From positions 46,438,001 through 46,502,000 of the forward strand of contig OZ024749.1 of the NCBI GenBank assembly GCA_964016885.1: DNA of 64,000 nt, in the 5' to 3' direction. Below, in pieces: positions 27,857 to 42,585 of this stretch; positions within the stretch are counted from its first letter, which is position 1, and each line of letters starts with the position of its first letter. Source of the DNA: Eledone cirrhosa (Eukaryota). The notes under the pieces were generated by a model. The model had not been told where the DNA came from. It worked only from the letters and a program-made list of their open reading frames with translations, and did not search any database. The position numbers and the translations under genes were made by a program.

Positions 27857-28948
27857 TTAGGGTATAACGTGGGGCTGTAATACAGGAAAGTTTTGTGCAA
27901 ATTTATGTTTACAAGCCGAAATTGCCTCAGATTTTTTGTTTAAGATGTGGTCTGTAGCGTAGAGTATTTCCAGGGCCTCAGCGGCGCAGAGGTCACATGG
28001 TCTTTTATTTCCGTTATACGATCTAGCCCTAGCTATGATCTCCCAGTGTAACTTATATTGGGTGTGGTTGTCTTTTAGACTCCAGATATAAGCTGAAAGT
28101 GACGTCATATTCCTTCTTAGAGGGTAACGAAAAGAATGGGTATGCATGTAAAGACGCTGCTTGAAACTATTGGCGGTTAACCCTATGTAGGCCCTACGGG
28201 ACGTGGGTGTTACAACCTTACATTTGTAGACAATGTTACTAGAGAGGCATTTCCCGGATAGGGGGCAATCAGCCCGATTCCTACAATTACAGTTAGTACT
28301 AACTACAGGGTTGCACGTGTTCCTACGGCTGGGTAGTTTAGCTAAATTTGAAGCTGTGATGTTATGTGCAAGGTTAGGAGTCGTAGAGTAAGAAATTGTA
28401 ATAGTATTTCTATTAAAAATGTTACTATATTTATGTGTAGGGGGGAAATGCTTCGTAATAAGGGAAAGAAAGATCTTAGCTAATGGTGTGGCCATCTCCA
28501 TATTATATGGTGGGTTAAACCAACAAATGCGACGGGATCTATTTCTTCTAGGTCTATTTTCGTACTCTGTATATGCTACCTTATCGACAAATCCACTTCG
28601 AGCAAGAGCTTCATTGTAATAAGTGGAATGGTCGTTGAAAATGCGCTCGTTGGTGGAAAGACGGGAAAGCCTCAACGAAACGTTTCTTACCAGGTTCTTG
28701 GTTATGCTGGCAGGATGGTTGGAATGCTTACTTATGTAATTAAGCGTATCATTCGGCTTTCTATACGAGTAATACAACCCATTCAATAAATTGAGGGTGA
28801 CGTCGAGGTAATTAACGACCGAGAGATTGGCCTCAACCTGTATAGAGAGGTTGAAGCCTTTAAAGAAGGCTGTGAGTTCTTTTCTGAACCTGTCGCAAGC
28901 ACGAGGTCCGCACTTAGTCATGGTCAAAAGACCATCGTCACGGTACAA
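27857..28948 (-). CDS. Penelope-like RT (from catalytic YRDD onward) plus GIY-YIG endonuclease; 5'-truncated, uninterrupted frame
   Basis: YRDDGL, YLDVTL, YRKP..LNYI...SNHP, WFNPPY, CNCR...CPL.GKC, NIVYKC...AYIGLT..FKQR...H..SF, CDLC..E: typical Penelope-clade motifs. Confidence 0.93.
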   Translation of the reverse strand: MYRDDGLLTMTKCGPRACDRFRKELTAFFKGFNLSIQVEANLSVVNYLDVTLNLLNGLYYSYRKPNDTLNYISKHSNHPASITKNLVRNVSLRLSRLSTNERIFNDHSTYYNEALARSGFVDKVAYTEYENRPRRNRSRRICWFNPPYNMEMATPLAKIFLSLITKHFPPTHKYSNIFNRNTITISYSTTPNLAHNITASNLAKLPSRRNTCNPVVSTNCNCRNRADCPLSGKCLSSNIVYKCKVVTPTSRRAYIGLTANSFKQRLYMHTHSFRYPLRRNMTSLSAYIWSLKDNHTQYKLHWEIIARARSYNGNKRPCDLCAAEALEILYATDHILNKKSEAISACKHKFAQNFPVLQPHVIP

Positions 28949-30509
28949 TATGTTACTCTTTTACTCTTTTACCTGTTCCAGCCATCCGGCTGAGCTCATA
29001 TATATATATAATATAAATAAGAAAGACAATATATTGGACATTAATGAAAAGCTTGAGTGGATCATGTTGGCCAAGTGTGAAGAGGTTTTGGGTTACTAGC
29101 CCTTCTTTCAGAAAAATGACTAATTTGAAAATAAAACACACTTCTTTTACTAGAAACTAACAAATAGAAGAAGAAAAATAACAAGGAAACAAACAAAAAG
29201 ACATAACAGTGCATGATAAACCAATGGAAGATCAGCCATATTTTTTGAAAACACATCGCAAATAAACATCCAGCAGATTCAAAGAAAGTGAAGAAAATTA
29301 AAGGAGTGAAAAGTATTGAGAAATCAAATAAGAAAAAAATTAATCGCCTTTTAAACCAAACTCATGATAACTAACAAGGGATTAATCAACACGATATGGA
29401 AACAATAGCAATTCGAATGCCACGAGCATTGAACCAATCCCCAATTTGTGTATGAAACATTTAACAAGTAGCCATATAACAGTGACAATAGCATTTAATG
29501 AATTACTATATTACCAGAATTAACACCTGAATGTCTAATAGGGGGCCTATGTACAGAATATTGATTTCCTTAAAGAAAAACATCAGATACTCTTAAAACT
29601 CTTGTTTGCCAACAATATAAATGTCTGTTACATGCATAATAATAAAACAACCTTGTATCTCAATTGGAAAGCAATAACATCCTACCAGAGACGTAGTAGA
29701 GGCGTCGTAAAGGTACGTATGTCAATAAACACCAGTTACTAAAGGATAGAACAGCAATTGAAAATAGCAAAAGAAGAAAACAAACCTTAATATGGCGTCG
29801 ATTGTTTACCGAAATACATTATCAACACTTTTGAATATTAAATACACACCATAGAAAAACAATCCTTAATACAACTTAGATTATTTGCCGAAAATCATTA
29901 TTCACACATTTGGATATTACATACACTCCATATGAATAATGTGTCTGCTATATTAATAGTGTTTATCAACCATGCTGCATCAAATTACAACACAAGCATA
30001 TCAATACGAGACGAAACTACTTAAAACTGGTCTATAAACATACGAAGCGGAATCGTTTATGGATACACTATATCGTTTACCTTTTCGCCTAGATTATTCA
30101 CCATTAAGAAATTTTCCGAATTCAGCCATTTATAGTTTCAAATGCTAGCAACAGTATACGAATTATCTTTTGTATGGGGATAAATTAATATTATATTCAA
30201 GGGGCAGCATCCAGCTGGAAAAATCTTCTAAACATTTTAATGAATACTACCAGAATTTAAAAAATGTGCATTGAGCTGTACAAACATGCTAAGCCTAAGT
30301 TAATAAGACAATTAACTAAAGCTGAGACGAATAAATTTTATCTTGATATATGAATCTGAAAATTAGAATAAAACCTGCCAAAGAAATATTTGGGAGTACG
30401 TGATAGTGATGAAATGCAACACACTAAAGTGAAGGAAAATCATAAGAAAGCTTACTACATGAGAATAATATGAACCATAACGAAACTGAACTCAGATATT
30501 TGAAATATG

Positions 30510-30585
<76 letters not shown>

Positions 30586-32635
30586 TTACCAACTATAGAC
30601 CTATCACATGTCTGCCCGTAATGTGGAAACTGTTGACGAGCATTGTGTCTGAGGAAATCTACCATCACCTCCACACAAACAACTTGTTACCGGACGAACA
30701 GAAAGGATGCCGAAAGAAGTCACGTGGTACAAAGGACCAGTTGCTTATTGATAAGATGGTAATGGGGAATTGCAGGAGGAGACACACTGATCTTGCCATG
30801 GGATGGATAGACTACAGAAAGGCATTTGACATGGTGCCTCATTCCTGGATCACCAAAAGCCTGGAGGTCTTCAGGGTGGCAGATAACATCAGACAGTTGC
30901 TGGGAAGGAGTATGGGGTCCTGGGAGACAGAGTAGACATCAACTGGAGTATCCTTGGGAAGCGTGAAGATCAAGAGAGGTATCTTCCAGGGAGATAGCCT
31001 GTCCCCTCTGTTGTTTGTCCTTGCCCTGATGCCCTTGACCATTATGCTGCGAAAAGTGAGAGCAGGATACAAGTTGGGAAGGGGAGAGCTTACCATCAAT
31101 CACCTCCTCTTCATGGACGATCTTAAGCTCTTCGGGAAAAGTGAGAAGGAGTTGGATGTGCTTGTTGACACTGTCCGTATTTTCAGCAGTGATATATGTA
31201 TGCAGTTTGGTATTGGTAAATGTGGAGTCATTGTGATGAAGAGGGGTAGGTTGAGCAGAAGTAACGGGATCCAGATACCAACAGGTGAGATGATAAAGGA
31301 AATTGACTCTGAGGAAGGATACAAGTATTTGGGCGTTCTGGAGGCTGATGGCATAAAGCACAAAAAAATGAAGGAATTGTTAAGAACTGAATACATTCGG
31401 AGAGTAAGGAGCGTATTGAAGTCACATCTGAACAGCAGAAATGCCATAAGCGCAGTAAATTCCCGAGCTGTGTCTATTATTAGGTACAGTGCGGGAATTC
31501 TGAGATGGAATGTTGCTGAACAAAAAGAAATGGATAGGAAGACTAGGAAGCTATTGACTATCTACAACATGTTCCACAAGAGGAGTGATGTCGATAGACT
31601 CTACCTAAGGAGATCTGAGGGTGGAAGAGGTCTTATCAGCATAGAGGACTGTGTTCAGATGGAGAAAAACAACCTATACAAATACGTGACCTATAGTAAG
31701 GAGCCAATGCTCAGAACTGTACTGAAGGAGGGGACAGTAGGCCAGGGGATGTCCAAGGAGGAAATAACATCAAGGAGGAAGAGCAGCCTTAAGGGAAAAT
31801 CCCTTCATAGTACCTTCTTTGAGAAAACTGAATTTAGAGATCCACAGACATGGAACTGGTTGAGAAGAGGAGACCTCAAAAAGGCTACAGAAGGAATGCT
31901 AATGGCTGCGCAGGAGCATGCCCTCAAAACGAAGTGGTTGAAGCACCATATCTACAAGGAGGAGGCTAGCCCACTGTGCAGGATCTGTGGAGAGAGAGAG
32001 GAGACTGTGGCTCACATTGTGTCCGAGTGTAAACACCTATCCCAGACCCACTATAAGGGCTGGAGACACGATGTGATGGGCAGGGTGATCCACTGGCACC
32101 TGTGCAAAGTAAACAATCTACCACATTCTGAGAAATGGTATGAGCATAGGCCAGAGGCGGTGATGGAGAACAGTCAGGTGAAGGTGCTGTGGGATTTTAG
32201 GATACAGACGGACAAAAAACTGGAACACAATAGACCTGACCTGGTGGTTATGGACAAAGAAAAAAGATCGTGCCTGATTGTGGATGTGGCCTGCCCGTTC
32301 GACACGAGAGTGCAAGAGAAGGAGAGGGAGAAAATTAACCGATACCAGGACCTAAAGTGGGAGGTGAAAAGGATTTGGAACTGCCATGAAGTCAAAGTGA
32401 TCCCGATTGTCATAGGCGCACTGGGGACTATCTCCAAAGGTTTCCAGGGATGGTTAAAGAAAATCGGCCCCTTCACGCTTTTTGGAACGCTTCAAAAGGC
32501 ATGCTTGCTTGGAACAGCAAGAACCCTCCGATACGTCCTGAATATCTGAGGCTGCAGGTAGTGGCTTGATATTCAATCCAACGGACTTTCCAGTTAACCA
32601 ACATCAATGACTGAGATTCAAGGAATAATAATAAC

Positions 32636-32668
<33 letters not shown>
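30586..32668 (+). mobile_element. R4/Dong-clade non-LTR retrotransposon, 5'-truncated, inserted in (TAA)n
   Basis: RT + CCHC + restriction-like endonuclease; short 3' UTR; (TAA)n at 30512-30585 and 32624-32668. Confidence 0.9.
30588..32549 (+). pseudogene. RT-RLE ORF with a single in-frame stop (TAG 30933-30935)
   Basis: [48 protein letters not shown]....C, RHD, RPDLV..IVDV..K..RY. ORFs 30621-30935 and 30954-32549 are in the same frame. Confidence 0.93.
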
Positions 32669-33441
<773 letters not shown>

Positions 33442-33469
33442 ATATGTGTGTGTGTATATATATACACAC

Positions 33470-33513
<44 letters not shown>

Positions 33514-33531
33514 AAAGGGAGAGAGCGAGAG

Positions 33532-33648
<117 letters not shown>

Positions 33649-33984
33649 GAGTATATTATACAAATTATTGAAAGGTAGATAAAACATCTACCTTTCAGTG
33701 ACTTGTATAAGAGATACTCTCTCGGTATATTTACTTCTCTCTATTTTTACTTCTCTGTCCCGGTTATACACTACACTTTCAGAGCAATATATTGGAAGTT
33801 AAATAAATTTAGGTATTTAGCCAAAAAATGTAGATATCATAGTGAAGCATTACTTGCTTATGTTCATGATAAAGATACAGATGGGGTATTTCAAACCTAC
33901 ACATACGGGAGAGAGTGGTGAAGTTGGATAAATATAGAGAAATATTAATACATAAAATCTTGTCTATAGAAATATAGAAACGTA

Positions 33985-34136
33985 GTGTCGGATGCCTTGC
34001 TTTGCCCTTGCCATTCTGAGTTCAAATCCCGCCGAGGTTAACTTTGCCTTTCATCCTTACGTGGTCGATAAAATAAAGTACCAGTAATACACTGGGTATT
34101 TGCTGGCCTTGTGCCTAACGTAGAAACAATTATTAT
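33985..34136 (+). mobile_element. tRNA-derived SINE (5' decayed, internal deletion)
   Basis: B-box, central domain and 3' end match the family. Confidence 0.85.
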
Positions 34137-34314
34137 AAAAAGGGAACACGATTATAAATAAAAGTAATTCCTTTATTTATATACAATAACATACACACAA
34201 GAGACGCATTACACCAAAGATAAATATTTAGATAAGAAGTAAATAACATAAAAAGCAATACACAGACGGAGCGAGACACATACACTCACATACACATACA
34301 CACACAACACACCC

Positions 34315-34363
<49 letters not shown>

Positions 34364-34364
34364 T

Positions 34365-34461
<97 letters not shown>

Positions 34462-34496
34462 CATATATATATATATAAATATATATCAATATATAT

Positions 34497-34533
<37 letters not shown>

Positions 34534-34536
<3 letters not shown>

Positions 34537-34687
34537 CGAAGGAAATGTGGTAAGGAACCAGATGGACCATAACGTACCAAAGTACTCAATACTTAGGGTA
34601 GTAGAGTGGGTAATAGGAACGAGTAGGACCCAGAATTAGCCGTCGAAACGGCTTGAGCTCAGCCGTCGGGGTCCTACTCGTTCCTAT
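34534..34687. mobile_element. PLE pseudo-LTR-like inverted fragment (family C) with hammerhead 3' half
   Basis: Inverted repeat ataggaacgagtaggaccc / gggtcctactcgttcctat; GAAA-CGGCT-loop-AGCCG-TC helix III with GUC triplet; (TA)n on both sides. Confidence 0.65.
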
Positions 34688-34691
34688 ATAC

Positions 34692-34732
<41 letters not shown>

Positions 34733-34742
34733 TATACATTTA

Positions 34743-34773
<31 letters not shown>

Positions 34774-34931
34774 ATATATATGTATATATATATGTATATA
34801 TGTGTATATGTATATATATGTATATATATATGTATATATATATGTATGTATATGGGTGTGTTGTATGTGTGTCTGTGTGTGCGTGTGTGTGCGTGCGTGT
34901 GTGTATGTGTGTGTGTATGTGTCTCCCTCCG

Positions 34932-34990
<59 letters not shown>

Positions 34991-37263
34991 AAAATGAATT
35001 TCATTAAATGAAGAAAAATATATTACGCAGAAGATAAATAAAAACACTTAATGTCCTATAGAGCTTAACAAATACGAATTTATATTAGTGTCAAAGATAA
35101 AAATAGCTAAAAAAATGTTTGGACTAAAAGCAATACGGAAGGTTTGATTTAGGTGCACAGGATTATCGCTTTTCTACTTACAAAAAATACAAAATAAAGC
35201 ATAACAATAAAAATATAATATTGATACAAAAGTCAAGCATCACCCATACTCAATACCATCAATATAGTGAAACAATGACTACGTTTTGATTTAACATTCC
35301 CTGATAAGACAGGAAATATGTACTAATACAACCGAGCCCGCAATGATTGTGCACTATATGGAAACTTCAACCTGGAAACTGTTTTCTTTTGAATTTTCAA
35401 ACTCTGCCATTTAAATTTTGGGTAGAGACAATCTGATGGGTTTCTTAATAATTTCTGTCATATTCTCTCACAAGGTTCGGATGGATCCTATGTTACAGGG
35501 GATGAAACTTACCCAATATACCACGCAATAGGATCGGTCCGGTGTTCTTATAATTGAACAGAAAACGTCTTATTTATTCGGTAATTTTGCTTCTATGCAA
35601 AAGCCACAATATCACAACATATATAAAAAAACAGAAACTTCACATTACGATATAATACTTGCTTTCTCTATTATTTACATATTTTATTCATTTCAAATTG
35701 ATAAATTGCTTTCAAAATTCTTAAAACTTTAAACTCATTGCTTTATGCAAAACAATGATCTGTTAATAGAAACTGAAAAATTATGCCATTATAGTTTCAG
35801 TTGATCTCATTTAACTCTTACCATGTTGTACCACATGAAACCCCTTAAGAATAACATTCCTCAAAAGTACAAAACAAAACTATGACTGCATCAAATACAA
35901 ATGTAAAGTTGCATAATTCCACACAGCTTATTATTCCAGCTGACGTTTTAACCTAAATCAAAATGGACATACTAAAAACATTTATCATCCAAAAAGGTAA
36001 TGGAACACGTTCAACAAAGCGAAACAAATATAACATACAGATACGATCAGACATACTCAAAAGGCTACTATACATATACAACAGAAAATTGTGGTGCAGG
36101 AAAAGCATTTATAAAATTGTTGAAAACTATATTTCGGTGATTCAACATTGTATTTTCTGGCATACATAACAATTTGATAATACTGTATTCAGAAACATTC
36201 GAATCTTTGTGTTAACTTATATATAGTGTTATTGTTCCATACGTTATACCTCTATATTGTGTTATAATTATGTTTTGTTCTGTGAATGTGATGAAAAAAT
36301 ATGAAACAAAAAATCAGGATGTGTATTTGAGATGTAAATTCGATACAGCTTAAAGTTATACCATACTTAGTACACCTCTAAAATAAGTTTAATCATGTTC
36401 AATCTATCTTAAATGTTTGAAAGATTAGTCGTTCGATAAATGTATTTACTGGACTTCAAAGCTAAAAAAAAATATACTGAAAACATAGATACGTTTTTTC
36501 GTAATTTCTATCTGAAGATTCATAGTTTTTGTGGAATTCTTTAACACATATATGTACTAATATTGCTGAAACAATATCATAGACATAATCTGTGTTAAGT
36601 AGATTTGGATGCTATTTTTTCTACCTTTCGTCACTTCACCCACCTAAATGTTATGTGTATAGTAGATCAGATAGGATTGATACTAATGGGGTGTTCCTCA
36701 AATGATAATACACTTAAATAACAGTTGAAATAGCATTTGTGTAAAACAACGTTTAATCCTTTCAAAGTAGATTACAAAATGTACTAGGTAAGTATTGCGG
36801 GAGTTTACTTCAAATCGACTACGGACGTCTGTTTCTGATAACATTCAATACTATAAATGTTGATCACTGGTGGAGGACTATCAATTTGTATAATGGTGTA
36901 TTGTATGTTATAATGTATTAAGTACTTATCTGCGTTCAAATTTAATGACACAATTTAAATTGATGACCGAATTCAGACATCCAAAAAATATTTTCAATTT
37001 TTCATATTGTTTAAGTCTATAGTTCATGACACAAGAATAATTGTATCAAAAGTTAAACATAAATGAATAACACATATGACTAAAGTTGTCTCATATCATA
37101 CACCTCGATGAAAATATAACAGTTGTAGTAAATATAGGAACTTGTCGTCACTCTGGACAACATATTCTCGAAGTGGATCATGATATTTCTTGATCATATA
37201 GTACAGTCAGCAATTGAGAGTGGGACATCAAACACCAAAGATTTTAAAGCTAATCCTCTAGTT

Positions 37264-37590
37264 CAGAGGATCTTAAATTTTTGGGGCAAACCCCACTATG
37301 GGCCATGTAACATCTTCAGCGCCCCACCCCTATTTCCAGAGAGAACTGCCTACAATATATAATGAATAAAATCGTAAATTTATATATAATAAATAATATA
37401 TATACTATGTATAAATAAATATTATATATTTTTTATTTTACTATATTTGTATATAATACGAATCATTTGATATTTGATATACTATTATATCAGCTCTGCC
37501 CATCACCGACCCTTAGTCCATGGCACCACCTGAACCTTCTTCTCGTCCCTCGAAGGGGGTGGGTGGTAGCGCCCACTTTGAGAACCTCAT
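37264..37590. mobile_element. hAT (Charlie-like) MITE
   Basis: Imperfect TIRs CAGAGGATCTTAAA / TTTGAGAACCTCAT; perfect 8-bp TSD CTCTAGTT at 37256-37263 and 37591-37598. Confidence 0.8.
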
Positions 37591-37947
37591 CTCTAGTTCT
37601 ACGTGACATTTATATAGAGTAGTAGTGTTACCGAGTTAGGTTTAAACACGGCAATGTTAGATTTATCAGTTAAAAATTATTCCCCATGTTCGAATACTGC
37701 TTAATATAAAACAGCAGCAACAGTGTGTCACTTTTATCATTTCATTTGCAAGACGAGGACAAGATGTTCTTGAAAAGTTAATGCGACATAGGAAAGTTAT
37801 TGTTCTGAAATGTATATAATGATTAATGAGGAAAAATGAAAAAAATATCTTTAATAACAGTGATGAAACGCGAATAGAATCGTGTCTTCAATCTAACATG
37901 TTTTAAAGAAGGAAATGCACACACACACACACACGCACACTGACAAT

Positions 37948-37980
<33 letters not shown>

Positions 37981-37990
37981 TATATGTATA

Positions 37991-38117
<127 letters not shown>

Positions 38118-38159
38118 CATATATATATATGTATATATATATGTATATATATATGTATA

Positions 38160-38294
<135 letters not shown>

Positions 38295-38295
38295 G

Positions 38296-38327
<32 letters not shown>

Positions 38328-38999
38328 CTCACACACACACACACATACACACACATATATATATATATATATATACCCACAACCATAGGCTTACGTAAAA
38401 CGGTATAGAAAGATGTACATTGATATTGTGGGTAGATGTTCTCTCGTAGATACTTTGAGAAAGGGAAGAAAAATACAAATACAATCAAAATAGAAAATAA
38501 CTGGTAAACAAATAGATTTGTTTTACCGATATAAAATATTGTTCTACTTTCTTTGACATTAGATAAGTTTTGTTGAGAAATCATTTCTGTTATTGAATAC
38601 CTTAAATGTGAAACACTTTTAGGGATATCCACACCATTATAAATGGTTCCTTTAACACAAAGTTCCTGTATATGAAAGAAAGAAAATAAACGTTTGTGCA
38701 AAAACAATATATTTTATTGAAATATACGCCTCTACATATTTATCGTTTTGTTTAGTTTGTTTATTCATATCACAATATTACAGAATTGTCCTTTTTATGG
38801 TATATTTATGAAAGATATTGATCTTGTCTTCGAATCAGCTAAAACATAACACGTAAGCCAAAATTGTTATCAGTTACGCAGTAAATAATAGATGTGTTTA
38901 TATACATACATATATAAATAAATAATTTCATACGTATAGGATTATATTTCTCTCTCTCTTTCCCTCTCTCCTAATATATATATATATGTATATGTATAA

Positions 39000-39034
<35 letters not shown>

Positions 39035-39731
39035 CACACATTAATTTATGTATATATATACACACATATATATATATATATTATATATATGTATATTCCT
39101 ATAGATAGATAGATTGTGTGAAGGTGTAACGTCAAGAATCAGAGAAATCGATACGGTATGAGTGTAATATATAATTCATATATTGCAAATTACAACTGAT
39201 CTCAGCGACTGTCAGTTTTCTTCTTTCGATTCCTCTTATTGCAATATGAATGATGAAAATACCTTGCTTTCTATTATTATTTATTTGTAGCCGTATGTTG
39301 GGTGTATGTTTGTGGTCTCACCTGGATGGTATGAAATTCGACCAGTCAATTGTATATTATGTGTGCGTCAGGGCTTTCGTTGAAGATAAGTTTTGTGATT
39401 TGATTGATTTAGATAACAAAATCGGTCAGTTGTTTTTAAGTTGGCCGTGAAGAACAAAATGTATATATTTGATTTGTTTGGTAACTCATATTTCATTGGT
39501 TTGTTGGTTACTAGATATGGCATAGAAGAAATGGAGATGGTACTTAGGAACCTCATTCTCATTGGTACGTCTGTTCACCTGGAATTGCATTTTATATCTA
39601 CGCTTGAATTGAGAAATGTGGCGTTATTGTCATGCACATACGCTTGCTTACTTAGAACTATATGATACACAACAATTGGTTGATATTTACTCTCTGCATG
39701 TCACTTTCCTTCTCTTTGCTTTCATTATCAG

Positions 39732-39805
39732 ACGTCTTACTGATTCACTTCGACATATATTCTTTGACAACAATGACGTACATTCTATATGCCAGTCAAC
39801 TTCAG
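39732..39805 (+). other. Candidate 74-nt internal exon of an unidentified host transcript
   Basis: Long polypyrimidine tract plus CAG acceptor (39731) and consensus donor CAG|GTAAGT; no recognisable product. Confidence 0.3.
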
Positions 39806-40149
39806 GTAAGTTTTGTTTATTTTACGTTTTGTTAAATAATGCAACGACAGTGTTCGACTACATCGTCAAAGCCTACATCTCCAGATGGACCATTAGCACT
39901 ATCATTAGGGCTTGAAATTGTATACGTAAATTGCGACTGCTGATGAGCGAGAAGATTATTTTATCTGTTGCCATCTTTGTAATACTATCTGTGACACACG
40001 AGACTAACACTCCTAGTCTTTTGATTAGTTGTAATATTTTTACCATTTTGAACATTTTTAGGCATTTAGCTTAGTTTTTCTTGTACGCTAAAATTTGTCA
40101 ACGAATCTCTCTAACGTAGGAGGCAACTGTAATGATCACAGATCACGAG

Positions 40150-40990
40150 ATTTCAGCAACCACAAAAATATAAAAAGTAACAGCAGTGAAAATGAAACAT
40201 GTGCAAGAATATAAACAAACCAACAACAGCAAAGTTCATGAAGCAATGGCAACAGCGACGACGACAACATCAACAACAAGCATACAACAACAGTATAAAC
40301 ATTCCTAACCACAGTCAGATCCCTACTCCACAACGACAATATAATAACAACAGCAATATTATCTTCAAGAAGAATTAAACCTTCAGCACCACCAACAAAA
40401 TCTATATGAATATGGCTGAACAACACCCACGAAAGTACTAACAATAACAGCAGGAACAGTTATCATCTCACAACAACAACAGCAACAAAAATAACAACAA
40501 CAACAACTGTATAAACAACAATAATATATATTGTACTAACCTCATTCATAGCAGATATCAGGAATCAACTACACCACACCAATAGGAAAAAACACCAGCA
40601 ACAACAATAACAACAAGTATAATATTGAATATCAAAAGACAACATTCGTAAAAGTAGGAAAAAACAGCCACATTACCACATCAACAACAACATCAGCAAC
40701 GATATCATAAAAACGAAAACAGAAATAACAACATTAACAATAACAACAATAAAACCAGATGCAGCAACAACAACAGCAGCAGTAATAACATTCATAGTGC
40801 ATATCACAAAGCAACTACACAGCGTCAACACGAACAACAACAACAATAACAATAACAAAAAACATCAACATGAACAACAGCAAAATAAACAGCAATAACA
40901 ACAATAGCAGTTACAACAACAACATCAACATGAACATAAACAAGAATAACAACAACAGCAGTTACAACAACAGGAAGAAGAGCCTGCATG
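40150..40990. repeat. Degenerate (AAC/CAG)n low-complexity tract
   Basis: Directly visible. Confidence 0.8.
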
Positions 40991-42453
40991 ATAACGATAT
41001 ACACAATCTTAATATATAAACAACAGGAAAGATAGAATATAAAAAAGGAAATAACGAAAGAGAGAGAGAGAAAGAAAGAATGAATGAACTAAAACATAGA
41101 AATAATTACAGAAAGAAAGAACAGAAGACACAGAGAAAAGCAAAAATGAACTAAGAGATAGAAAGAAAGAGAAAACGAAAAGAAGAACGAAAGAAAACAA
41201 AAGAAGGAATGGATGAAAGAAAGGAAGAGAAATTTACTAACAATGTGAAAGTTCGTGTGCTGACTTTTTCGCTAGAATTCGTGTTAAGCCATTGTTTATA
41301 TGTATTAGATATTCAGCCCAAAGCAGCTCTTTTAGTGTAGGTCAAATGTGCTTGGAAATTGCTAGAAGTCAGCACGAAAAGTTGACAGGAAATGATTTTG
41401 TACCAGCAGACAATCTAATAGAAACTAGCAGGAGGATGTGAAGATAATATACATTCCTTCTCAAAGAACATTTTTGTTTTGATGTTTTCTATTTTTAATA
41501 AAGAATTGGTATTCATGTATATAGTTTATGATTATTGTTTTCTATTATTTTTAGTGATAAAATAATGTTTTGTTTGGTTTTGTTTGTTACTGTTTTGTTA
41601 GGCATGGTGTTTTATTCTTTTCTTGTTTTAATTGTTATATATTCGTATGCATTTTCTCTTTTTCTTCCCCCCCCCCCTCTCTCTCTCTCTCTATATATAT
41701 ATAATATACATATATATATATAACTAAATGTACACTCACATGCTCACACGCAGATGCACATCCACACATACACACCTATGTATAAATCTATGTTTGTGTA
41801 CCTACAGGTATAAACCAACAGACACAGACACACGCACGATACACATATATATGTATATTGATAAATTTATCTGTATCTATGTTTACATCTCTCTATGTTA
41901 TCTGCCTGCTATAACATAAACATATAATGAATAGACAAATAAGAAAGAAACATGAATTTGTACACCTCAATATTTTATCCACATGCATTCATACAACAAC
42001 CCGGATACTTATATTCAAAGCTTAATTCCTGATTGTTGAAACATAATAAGCTTGTACATTTGCTGGAATAGCATGAAAACATTATTCGTCTGAGATCCTA
42101 AATATCTTAAAACTTGCTGTTTATATATATATATACATAGGTTAAAATTAAAAACCCCCTTCGGTCAGAAGAACAAGTCCGTGAAGAGGTTGTTTATGGA
42201 AGACCAACAGTCATCCATGCAAACCGATGACTTCCCTCCAGGCGTCCAATATTGTCCAAGGGAGAAGCAAAAGCAACGAAAACGAAACAGAATTCGTAGT
42301 GACATCGAGTGCTTCGAACGGCACGCTACCTGTAACTTTTGTTGCACAGTTAACTAACATGTATCTTCCATATCCTGTACCGTTTGTGTTATTATTTCTG
42401 TTTACCTTTTACACACAAACACAAATCTATCTATCCATCTCTCTCTCTCCCCC

Positions 42454-42585
<132 letters not shown>

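Larger units (their letters stand above)
26845..28998 (-). mobile_element. 5'-truncated Penelope-like element (family B)
   Basis: RT C-terminus plus GIY-YIG ORF, about 1 kb 3' UTR, hammerhead-like motif near the 3' end, (TA)n on both flanks. Confidence 0.9.

Noticed and set aside
28950-28998. CGGCTGAGCTC shared with family C at the PLE-B 5' junction
   Set aside because: Only an 11-bp match, which is not enough to link the families.
30839-32476. Antisense ORFs over the R4/Dong element
   Set aside because: Shadow frames of the RT-RLE ORF.
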